This document shows, in pieces, positions 1-10,910 of a DNA stretch of 64,000 nucleotides. Location: contig NW_024704742.1 of NCBI RefSeq assembly GCF_018977255.1, positions 109,370,001-109,434,000 on the forward strand. Direction: 5' to 3'. This stretch comes from Callorhinchus milii (Eukaryota). Every line of letters starts with the position of its first letter. Position 1 is the stretch's first letter. Position numbers and translations under genes: made by a program. The notes under the pieces are model-generated. The model was not told the origin of the DNA. It did not search any database and worked only from the letters and a program-made list of their open reading frames with translations.

Positions 1-917
1 CATCATGATTAATCAGTGATCTTTCCTAAATACACCCTAGGTAGCCCAAGAACGGTACATTCTCCGTTTAACTGAAATATTCCAGACTAAGGTTTTAGCC
101 ATTTGCAATTCAGTTAATGCGTTTTAAAAGATTACAATGATATAATAGTGTAACTAAGGAGAAATTGGTATATGGATAGTCTAGTCTCATATTTTCATCA
201 CTTTTATCTAACTATGAAATGAGCTGTGAATAGTTCAGACACATATTCAGTTACTCGGCAAATAATCAAAAATGTTCTGTGCCCATGAGAAGCAACATCA
301 ATTTTATAATCCATTATTCTCACTCATTTTACAATAAATATGACAATTTTATTGCTGGTACTAAAAATGCCATGAATACAGAAATACTATTGTAATCCTT
401 TTGTGCAGAACCACTAATCAGGCCTGTCGGTTCTTTTTATTTATAGTGTGTTTAATTTTTGTTAATGTTACTCGAGGTAGACCTTTGGGCTACAGTAGAA
501 CATTGATAATTGCCAGTATTTTAATCAGCAGATTGTACTAACCAGCGAATTTCTTCAGCCACCACTCTTTGCACTGTATGTTGTGACACCTAGGGTGAGG
601 TATCCTTTCTTCCAGTGTTAACAGTCCGATGCTGTTGTTTTCTTCAGGAATGTTTTTAAGATATTGAGAAATTAGAAGGTGACAAAGGTTATATAATACA
701 ATGACCATTTCAAATGGGATTTCCTGACAAAACCTCTGAATGTAATGGAATCCCCATTGTTGGTCAGTTTTGTTAAGAACTCCCATCAGAAGTGAACACA
801 GTTTCAGATAATGACCCCATTAAATATTGGAAAACTCCAAATTTTGGTGACAGATATTTACTGGAGTGTTGCTTTTTGTAGTTGAATAATTTCTTATATT
901 AGCTTAAAAGATGAGCC

Positions 918-1075
918 GCAGGAGAGCCGGCATTGGCGGGAGCCAAGGAGTATGGCTTCCATCTTGTCAACATTCAACTGCAGAAAGTTTGGGCTCATCC
1001 ATGTACTGACATCTGACAAGCAAGCTGACAGAACAACAGTATCCTGCAGTTACAACTAGAGGAGGAGATGTATAG
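918..1075 (-). mobile_element. L2 ORF2 RT fragment
   Basis: Minus strand translates LSACLSDVSTWMSPNFLQLNVDKMEAILLGS, typical of L2 just after the RT catalytic motif. Confidence 0.75.
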
Positions 1076-1675
1076 TATGAAACTGCATGGAAACAGACTA
1101 TTCGGGCCAACTATTGGGCCATCAATATTTTAGATTAATGTTAGGTTAATTTTGCAAAATGTCAGTTATTAGATTCTATCATCTCCTGACCCCCCTTCCC
1201 TCGTCCACACACACACACACTCCTCAGCTTCCCTCCACCCTGTTCAGGTGCCCAGAAGGCTGCGTGTGAAGTGCTTTGAGACATCCTTCCGATGTGCAAG
1301 ACGCTGTGTAAATGTAAATTGTATTGCATTGTAATTATTATAATTATACTTTAGTAGATGTATCAAATTACTGATACATAAAACTAATACAAAAAATCAA
1401 ATTAGATGCAGGGTTATTGAAAATATCAAAGATTGTTATATTCGTCACACTTTTGCATGGTTCCCTCACTAATTATTATTCTAGAATCACTATAAAACAT
1501 CCCGCTCTCACTTAATCCTTATTCCATTTGACAAGCCTTGCTCTGAGTTCCAAAGAAAGGCTAATAAAGGCACTGCACTGTATCCCATCATATGAAAACA
1601 GAACTGAAATGCCTGTATTGTACATTCATCATATACTATAGAAAGAGGATTACTGATTGATTTCTTTTTATTTAG

Positions 1676-1862
1676 GTGTCAAATTAATTTATCGGGCCTC
1701 AGTCGGGAGCATACTCACAAACTGGAGCTTAATCTGTCTGAAGGCAATGGCCGCTTGGTGCTGCTTCTTACTCTGACAGCATCGCCTCCAGTCGATATTG
1801 CCGATACATCTGTCTCCAAATTGGAGGAAGAGCAGCAACACAAGGCAATAAGGCGACGATAT
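1676..1862 (+). CDS. MCTP1: MCTP1-like internal exon (end of C2B plus linker), 187 nt, phase 2 to 0
   Basis: Acceptor tttag at 1671-1675, donor gtatgt at 1863. Translates CQINLSGLSREHTHKLELNLSEGNGRLVLLLTLTASPPVDIADTSVSKLEEEQQHKAIRRRY, matching recalled MCTP1 CQVDLSALSREQTHKLELQL...KRY. Confidence 0.92.
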
Positions 1863-2511
1863 GTATGTATTACTTTATTAATACTTGTCTGCATATCTGG
1901 GTGATATTGAAAGTTCAAACAAAGTGTTAATGTCTGAAAAGTATTCTCTTTGCACACTTGGAAGTAAGTTTAGTGTATTGAGAGCGGCTTTGAGATTGCA
2001 GCAACGGAGCATAAGACTCCTTACCAGGGGGTTGTAAGTTCAATCCCAGACTCAACTAGAATTCAAAGTGACTGTCCTCATTGGCAGCATCTCCGCTGAG
2101 CTGCTGTGATTCAACGCTATGAATGGAACTGATCTGTCGAGGAGGGGGAGGAGGGAAAAGTGCCAGGACCAAGCACAAGCACAGACTGCAGATAAGCCTG
2201 CTGCCAGTCAGCAAGCAGGGCCATGACCAAAGAGGGAGGCAGTGCAAGAGGTAGCGAAGGGAGAGGGAATGGTGCAAAGAAAATGTGGTGCAGGCGAATG
2301 CTGTGTAGGTATATAATCCATCCAGGAAATGTATAAAGGTATGTGGGGAAGGGGGGAAGGTATATACATGGATCCAGTCACTAGTTTAAGTTTCTTTAAA
2401 TATTACGAGCCCTTCAGGACACAAGTAGTACCTGCATCAAAATAGTAATTTTAAAACATTTAAAGACATGTTTTTCTTTACTCTTTATTTTATTTTCTTC
2501 ACTTCAGTTTA

Positions 2512-2785
2512 CAATAATAATCCCTGTGCTTGATATAGTGCCTTATCATGTCATTAAAATGTCTAAAAGCGCTTGACAGTTTACTGTAAAATATAGTAAA
2601 TGTATTTATTTATATAGTAGGCGAATGCAGCAGCCACTTTGCTCAAAGCAATGTCCTACAAACAGCCATGAAGTGAGTGACCAATTTTACCTTGGGTAAA
2701 ATCGCTGCTGCAATTTACTCACAAAATATACAGTAAGTTCACTTTACAGTATATTTTGTGAAGCCCTCTGAGACGACTCAACGAC
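2512..2785. mobile_element. Head-to-head pair of SINE 3' fragments
   Basis: Minus copy at 2512-2691 and plus copy at 2695-2785. Confidence 0.8.
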
Positions 2786-3131
2786 AGGTTTCAGGTCCAC
2801 ATTGCCCTTTGACAGTTTGGGGTCTAGAAGAGCTTGGGGAGATTGGGGGGCTTGTCTGCGGGCACAACCCTATAAGTGGGAACGTATTTGGTCTAATTTG
2901 GTTTATGGGGGTGAATCTCATACATTATTACATAAAAATATATATAATACATATTATGGTGACTTTGCTTATGAAGCAAAGCTGGGCAAAGTAGGCAGGG
3001 ACAGGGACGTACAACCCTGTTTATGTCAGGAGGACGTTCCCAGGCACTGGACAGCCCGCTATTTGGACCCAAGCTGGTGGTTGGGATCAGGAGGGTGGGG
3101 TAGGAGGGCGACCAAAGGAAGTACATTATAC

Positions 3132-3144
3132 TCTGATTTTTCAT
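3132..3144 (-). terminator. Partial snRNA 3' box
   Basis: Minus strand ATGAAAAATCAGA lies 8 nt past the U5 3' end. It matches the AAARNNAGA half of the 3' box; the GTTT half is degenerate. Confidence 0.45.
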
Positions 3145-3152
3145 TGGGAAGG

Positions 3153-3266
3153 AGCTCTGCTATAGCAAAGCCTAAAAAAATTAGTTTACACTCATAAACG
3201 CTCCTCTCCACGGAAACCTTTAGTAAAAGGCGAAAGATTTTTACGATCTGAAGAGAAACCAGAGCT
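3153..3266 (-). ncRNA. RNU5: U5 spliceosomal snRNA gene, full length
   Basis: Minus strand reads AGCTCTGGTTTCTCTTCAGATCGTAAAAATCTTTCGCCTTTTACTAAAGGTTTCCGTGGAGAGGAGCGTTTATGAGTGTAAACTAATTTTTTTAGGCTTTGCTATAGCAGAGCT. It has the invariant loop 1 GCCTTTTAC, stem I, an Sm-like site and the 3' hairpin GCTTTGC/GCAGAGC. Confidence 0.95.
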
Positions 3267-3305
3267 GAGGGCAGGAGCTCAACCTACACACGTCAGGCTG
3301 TCCCA

Positions 3306-3327
3306 CTCACCTCTTTGATACAGTGAG
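3306..3327 (-). promoter_or_regulatory. snRNA proximal sequence element (PSE)-like motif for U5
   Basis: Minus strand CTCACTGTATCAAAGAGGTGAG starts about 60 nt upstream of the U5 5' end and resembles the vertebrate PSE (TCACCnTnA..AAAG). Confidence 0.6.
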
Positions 3328-3474
3328 GCAAATTTCACATTTCACCATGTACGACCACGTTAAACGCAATGCAACGAGATTTCTAACCCATAGCACAAGC
3401 TTCTTCAAGGGTGCACTTGAGCACATTTGAAGAAATATTAGCAAACTAAATGTGACTGTTTAAATATTCTGACC

Positions 3475-3493
3475 TGCAAGGCTTTCTGGGTAA
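3475..3493 (-). promoter_or_regulatory. SPH (Staf/ZNF143) element of the U5 distal sequence element
   Basis: Minus strand TTACCCAGAAAGCCTTGCA matches the recalled Staf consensus YYWCCCRNMATSCMYYRCR at 18 of 19 positions. It sits at -209 to -227, the usual DSE position. Confidence 0.75.
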
Positions 3494-3531
3494 CTGTGAA
3501 GGCTCGTGTAGCTAATGGGCGCTGAGGAGAG

Positions 3532-3546
3532 GCACCAGGGGGCATC
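3532..3546 (+). promoter_or_regulatory. CTCF-like motif just upstream of the U5 promoter
   Basis: GCACCAGGGGGCATC versus the CTCF core CCACCAGGGGGCGC. Confidence 0.45.
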
Positions 3547-6500
3547 GCATAGAGCAGCTATAGCATGTACAAAGATTGGAGGTCATTTTGCTAAAATGTT
3601 AAGATATTGGCAAAGTGCGTATAAATAATACTCCACACGCCCTTCCAATCATTTTTAAAAAAACTAATAATTTCGTCACTCAATCCACGACTTCTTGTAT
3701 TATGATTATTATATCTTCTGGCCTTTGTGCATCCTAAAGTATTGATCTGGGTTTACTTTTTCGTTCGCTTTTAACATTTTATAAGTCTATTTGAGGTCTC
3801 CTCTGAATCATCTTCTCAAGACTGAAGAGCCCTAGCTTGTCAAATTGTTGCTCATAGCTCAGTTAGGCGTGAGATCAGAAAACATTTCTTCAACCACAAC
3901 AACTTGTGTTTCTGCAGCATCCTTCAAATAGAGTAATGTCTCTGAGAATTTTACAGAGGTGATGCAGGAGGAGGTGACCACAGGCACAGCCAAAGAGGTC
4001 AGCTTTTAGGTAGCTTTTGAAGATAAATAGGGAAAGAGCGAGACAGAGTCGAATTCTATAGACCTGAAACACTGTGCGTTATAACAGAGGCACCTAATAG
4101 TATGTTTTGGATCCCAATGTAATTTTTAAAATAGCAAAACAGGTAAAAATCAACAAGGGGGAGTATGGTGGCCAGTATATCAATGCTCTGTGCCACTGAA
4201 TATATTTTATATCAATTTATTTTGGTCACGGTGACTCCATCTTCTTTCATACATTTGCTCCTCTTTGTACTTCTATGGCTTTCTTGTGTCATGCCAACTC
4301 CAGGCAAAAGGGCAGCGAGGGGGCTGGATGGCAGGCACCTGCCATTGTTAACTATAAAGTGGGGTACTGGAGATGATTAGCTCACGCTGACTGGCACAGA
4401 ATTCTCCCACTTCGCTCTAGGGACATGCCTTCCACTCTCCTTGTCCTCTTGCGAGATAGCTTTGGTATGAAGGATCAGCGTCCTATAGCATTGTACATTG
4501 GGCCTCTGACAAGCTGTGCCATATGAAGTTATAGTGTTGAAAATGCAGACACTACAATACTGAATTGTACCTCATTCATTGCAGTTTTACAAAACAAGCA
4601 CAGAGAGGAGCTATTACACTGGATTTAGCTTAAAACAATCTATCCTAGGCTCTACATAATAAATAATGGTGGCATACTACAATTAAAAAGCCTTTCCCTC
4701 GAACACAGGCTGCTGTTTTACATGGCTAGACTCGGCACTCCAATGTGGCAGTTGACTCAGATCAACTGAGCTTTAAAAGTGTGAAATATTATATTAAAAT
4801 ATTCCCATTCCCTGACTGACGCGCTCTGGATAACTGAATTTAATAAAGACGTGCCTTATCAGCCTATGCAGTGAGCAGATAACATGAAGCGGTGCTACAA
4901 ATGCTTTACAATGCTCTTCAAACAGATTAACAGGGCACTTGCTGTAGCTCAGCGGTGGATTTCTCCCTGCTGTCGACACTGAATCAGCTGTTTGTCTGGG
5001 CTTGTATAAATCATAAATGAATGGCATTGTCATTTTTGTCACAAAAATACAAAACTAATGACACACTAGTACTGGTAGCTTTAAATGTTTTGAGTCTCTG
5101 AAATGTGTTTATTCCTGCAACTTGCTCCATTACATGGCTTTACCGTAGAACTCAGCAGTGTTTACGGATTAATACAAATAAACTTATTTCTATGCACTGG
5201 TGCTTTGGAAATGTTGAAATAAGCAACAAAATACACTTGGGGATGACCGAGGTTCTTACAGTAAAATGGCTTAAATCATTTGGCAAAGCTGACGACTATT
5301 TGCAGCCATGACCCCGCTATCAGATTGAGTTAGCCTAGAAAATGAGTGTATTACAGTAATTTAACCATTTGTGACCAAATGTGCAAATGCATCAAATTAA
5401 ATGGACATTTCAATTTCAGTCATTAATGTGAAAAAGCCTCTTATAATATCCCTTGATTTTCTTTAATGGGCATTAATGGATGGCAGCCAGAAGGCTATTT
5501 GGTGACCTCTTCAGAATGGGAGCACAAAACCACTGCTTCCCCCTTTGTCACTCCTTAAATTCAGAAGAGCTAGTTTAGAAAGAAGTTGTTAGCATTCCAT
5601 TTTTATTATGACATTTCACAGTCGTCCGATTTAATGTCCCTTGACCGAATTGTCCACCGTGAGACGATGGGCTTGAAATGTTATTTGGAGCATTGATAAA
5701 AGGTGAGTGGTTATAAGATGACAGCAAGTCATAAGGCTGGTGGTGTGACATTAATTTTCTCCATAACAGAGATGGAATAAGACGTCATGATGACAAGCTG
5801 TCAATCAGCGCTGGCCCCTGTGTGTATCTCGGTGCCATAGGATAGGGTATTGCTTCTCCCATAATAGACCTGAACTAGAAAGCTCTTGCTGACAGCTGCT
5901 GCCATACAGAAAATTTATTATACAGCCTTTCATTAAAAAAATAAAGAGGAATCATCTCCTGAGCATTTCAATCTTTTCTGTCTATTGAGGTCTGAAAGGA
6001 TTCATGGGAGAGAAAAAAAATTCCCTGCCATAGAAATACCAAGTGTTATATAAAAAAATTATAGGGTAGGGAGCATGGTAAATAATCAATCTATAGATAA
6101 ATGGTGAACGGGTCTGGATGCTGATAACTCACATATTAAAAAGATGCTGCTGTTTTCTAGGATAGCACTGGTACGGCATGGAGCAAACCAAGACTGTCAC
6201 AGTTTGTAATGAATTAAGTCACCAGTCAAACATAAACTGAAAATCCAAATGGTAATTAACCCTCAGGGTACTGAGAGCATTTCTGCAGAAAACCATTAAA
6301 TGTGACAAGGCTTGCAAATTTTATTTCATTGTCAGGGAGCAGAGTTTCTTATTCCCCTTCCTCTCAACCTTGTTCGTGATGATAATTCACACAGTGCTGT
6401 TTCACTCGAGATGTGAGGTTGAAAGAGTATTACCGTCTAGCTTGTAATGTTGAAGAGTTAGCTCATCTCCGAACTGCATTAAATAAAGGGGTTCGGGCTG

Positions 6501-9500
6501 AAAGCTGCCCTCCCCCCGGCCCATCGGTGGGGTGAGAAGCTTTTCTTGAAGTAATTTGCACCAAAGCACATGCAGTAGGTTCTTGATATAGATCACTCAT
6601 TCTAAAATCTCCTTAGAACAAATTTAAAATTATCCTCGGATGTGGTGAATTCTTGTTACATGAATAACCATTTTTCCACAAAATGAATTCACTGAAATTC
6701 AGAATACTCACATTTTAGAATCTAGGTAAGTTTGTCGTAAGTCATACAATTTTGAAATAAAATCTAAATGATAAACTCCTTCATGACCGATTGCTTGGGG
6801 CTTTCTGTAAGTTGAGAATGTTTTACAGCACACTACACAGTGCAAAGGAAGACTGTGTAAACTTGGTGAAATGTGCAACCTTGCCAAAATATGAGCAAAT
6901 CTACAATCGAAAGTAAGAATATTTATTCAAGTCAAGTGGTTATACTATTGGATTTCAGACCAATAGTAAATGATTTTACAGTTTTTTGTGGACTTAACTG
7001 GAATATTAACTGACTGAGCTTTCTGATGAAATTCTTAAAGGGGCATTATAATCTCATTAGAGAATTTCAGTTCGGCTCAATTCCTGGATTAGTTTGGAAC
7101 AACCTACTTTGAAATCTCAGTTTCCTCAGGTGCACAGCAAGTTTTTTGTAGATACTGTAACTGCCATTGTCTGATCCTTTAAAGAAAGTTGCTTTCAAAC
7201 ATATTTTTTTTAAAAAAGTCTGTAATCTTAAAAATGAGTTCCTCCTCCACTTATATTCATGTTACCCTGCCCTGTTTAATGATGGTCATAAATATAGTGC
7301 ATCCAGTTTAAAAGCATGTCTGTATTCTGAATACCGGGCATTCATTTCTTAATGTCAGCCCAGTTATTTTTATGATGTCTGCCCAAAATTTAGTCAATGA
7401 ATGCTTTATAATATTGTGTACAATGTGTCTATTAGATATTGTGTGTCACACACAGACCTAAATGTAAAGAAAAATCATTTAACTTACCGTGCAATGTTAT
7501 CTTTCACCCTTCAGACACTAGCAAGAGACTGGTTGCCTGAATTAGTAATTATGAATCGAACTTACAGCAACTTAAACTAATAACTGGATGAAGTGATTTA
7601 TAATTTGGAAGACTGTCATTTTGGCTCATTTAAATTTGGGCACTCTTCAATTTCTGGAGAGGCTTCAGATACAATTTTGTTAAGCTGGCTAGCCCTGAGG
7701 ATGTGAAAAGGATCACTGGTGTAGCTTTGTTTTGTCACACAGCAGTTATTTCTCATTTTACTTACAGACTTCAACACAAAAGATACTTGTGCTTTGTTTC
7801 AATGCAGGTCCTCAATACTTTATTTCTTTTTCCCGTTTCAAGCAAAGAATGAAAACAGTGCTTTGTTTATTTAACATTTTGCACATTAGAGTGTTGGTAA
7901 ATTCTTTTTAATTGGTGAAACTTTCATGGCAGAGCAGAAAAAGTGTATTCTTTATGCTTAATTTATTTGTGTCATAGATTGAGGTGCACATTGGCAGTTG
8001 TTTGTAAAAGCAAATTGTGCATTTGTGCAGTGCATTTTTCTATTTTTTGGTTGGAAAAAACAATTGGGTTTCCTGTCCCAGCTTATTTTTATTAATAATA
8101 GTAACAACAATTATTTAAAAACTTGCATTTGATATTGTGCCTTTTGTGTTGGAGGTTGACACAAAACACTTCACAGCAATTTACTGCAAAGTGTAGTGAC
8201 TGCATTTTACCAGTGATTATTTTCCCTTCATTGAGTGTTTTTAAATAATCAAATCACCATGTCTGCTTCTCAGAAGTGTAAACCAATTCCAAAGAAAGCC
8301 TGATTAGATCACTTGGTGGAATCCATTTAGAATCAAAATTGTTGGAAAACAGATTTTCACACCATTTAAATTTTCTGGCACGTGATTAAGATTTTGTGCT
8401 AATACTAACATTAAAATTACATCCTTGCTTCGATGATACCTTAGTTTGAATTTTCCAGTGAAATATCTGAAATACATTTCTGTTTACACTGTACTCCTTC
8501 ATTGATGTAATCTACATTATTAAAATCTCCATCACTGGTATAAATCGGAATGAAACATTAACTTATATTTGATATTAAAAATTATGGTTCGTGTAAAATT
8601 TTATTATTTGAATTTTTTTTCATTGCATAATGATACCCCACAAATAATTGCAAGCAAACTTGGATTAGTCTAGTGAAATTTGCTAGCGTTCCAAAATACT
8701 GAACCATTTCCTATTGATTTTTAATGTCTAATGTTCAATTTTCTGTGTTATTAGAACTCATTTAATTTTCTACATTTTGACAGGCTGAAGGTCTTTTGCT
8801 AGCCACAACTAACCTCAATTTCACATGCAGCAACATACTTAAATCTTTCATTAGACCCATAAATGTATTAGCATGTGAATAGCCTTGACCTTGGAGTTAA
8901 TCCTTTAATCCCTTCACACCTGTTTTGCAACATTTTGACAACATTCTTCCTCGTTTCTTTATTTTATCTTGTATTGCAGTGCACTCATGTTCAGCATGGA
9001 ACTGCTTTTCCACAGTTTTACATTTCCAGTACTTATCAGGGGCACACACTCAAGAGGAATGCATTGAAGATGTAGGGTACTATGAAAGCTCATCTCGTCA
9101 GAAAAATGCTATTTCATATTTACAATCACAAGCATTTAGGACTGCTTCAGGAGCTCGCAGTATGATATGTACACTGGATAGATTAGCAAACTAAATTAAA
9201 ATATGTTCATTTGCAATAGTGAGAATAGGGTGGTGGACTGTAAATTTGTACACTCAAAAGGACAATTGCCCATGCAGTGAGAGAACAAGCTTCCAGCAAA
9301 ATGAATGGGGAAGGGGGTGGGGAGGAGGGGTTTTGTCTTTGGAGAAACTATACACGAGTGTATAACCCTTTTAAGTAGAATGGACTGGCGGACACCTGGC
9401 TCTTTTTAATTTTCTTTGATTGCTTTATTTTATTTCCAGTTCTTTTTCTCTTAGTACCATAGGCTACTTAATGTCCTACATTTGGTTGGCAAATTAGGTC

Positions 9501-10599
9501 TGATAATAAGAGGGTTCTGTGGCATTCGTTCAAACCCTTCAGATTTAAATTGCAATGAGACAGTGAAAATATATTTAAAAATGCATTGTATTTTATCAAA
9601 CACGGTGCTGTCTTTCGGTGATAATACTGAATAATAATACAATAATATGATAATAATGCAGTAAAACTGAATCTCTCAAAAAGCAGTTGACAAAATATTT
9701 TTAGCAGCAAGAAATCAAAGCCATTGTAAGGCTGTTATGGAAAACAAAGTTTATTTGTATGCAGTTATAAGTGCACAATTGGTTGAGGGGCTCACAATAT
9801 CAGTGGTACACAATGTAACAGGAAAGTTAGAGATTTATTGGCAAGAGAGAGCGAGAAGAGAGTGAGGTCTGACAAGCACACGTAACGCAGTCAGGGTCCA
9901 GGCCAGATTACTAACAAGATTTCATTCAAACCAGTTGTAAAGAAAGACTTGTTTTGTTGTTTGATATACAGCATATACCTCAGCAACAAGTTGAAGATAT
10001 TTTTCTACTGACTTGATATTTGAGATTTACTGACGTGAAAGTTGCTATAGCAAATATAAGGATTATTCTTATTATAATTATAAGAGAGAAAAAGAGAGAA
10101 TTAAACTTCATTTAATAAATCACAACACAGAGAAAGAGAGAGAATGAAACATGTTTGCACTGTTATTAGCATAGCCTTTGTATTATGCACCAAAAGCCTT
10201 TAAATATTTAAGATGAGAAATCCCGTTCTGCAAATGATTGAGGTAATACAAGGGGAAATTGTCCCAAGACTGATTTGCACTATGCGTGACCCCTTCAATA
10301 TTGAAAGGAATAAAAGCTTCAGTGCCTGAGTCCATCACAAGCCACCTTACCCGGAAACATATTAAGAGTATGTAATGGTTCATAAAATAGTTGTGCTGTA
10401 GTAAAGAAGAGTTTTTAGCATCAAATAAACACGATATTAACTATCCTATTTAAAATAGTTTCCCGTTTTCCGGTACGCTGCAGATTTTCTTTTGTATCAG
10501 TATGATGATAGATGCAACAAGTGGATAGAATTGGCATGAGACAGAGTGAAGTAAGTTTCCGAAATTATTTGTACCAATTCTCTCATCACTTCCTTGCTT

Positions 10600-10910
10600 G
10601 ACATCATTGGCTGTTGCTGGGGTACAGTTCTGCTGTTGCCATCTGGCTCTTTACCCAAAGGGCATTCTTTGTTTGTGACCCAACTCCGTGAGTGGTGTCA
10701 AGCTGTTCAACGTTGGGGGGCACCACAGCCACGCCAATCCTGATCTAACCACATAAACATTCCAACAGAGCTCATTAGATACCACTCTGTTCCCCTCTCC
10801 TTTTGGTGGTCAATTATAGTTGCACTTCTATTCTCTCTTGACTGAGATCAACTTACTCCCTATGGACTGGGAATCAAACCTATAACTTTCTGGTATGTAT
10901 TGCTCAGCTG
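10600..10910 (-). mobile_element. Ancient AmnSINE2-like element
   Basis: ctggggtacagttc..cccaaagggcattctt..gtgagtggtgtcaagctgttcaac..gagatcaacttactc..gggaatcaaacct resembles the recalled AmnSINE2 consensus and is mutually similar to the 35090 and 39720 copies. Confidence 0.55.

Noticed and set aside
2802..3197. 131 aa ORF
   Set aside because: No recognisable domain, non-ATG start, and it overlaps the antisense U5 gene.
4941..4990. tRNA A-box-like TAGCTCAGCGGT
   Set aside because: No B box or cloverleaf follows.
6375..6502. C/D snoRNA-like GTGATGA ... CTGA
   Set aside because: No terminal stem and no recognisable rRNA or snRNA antisense guide.
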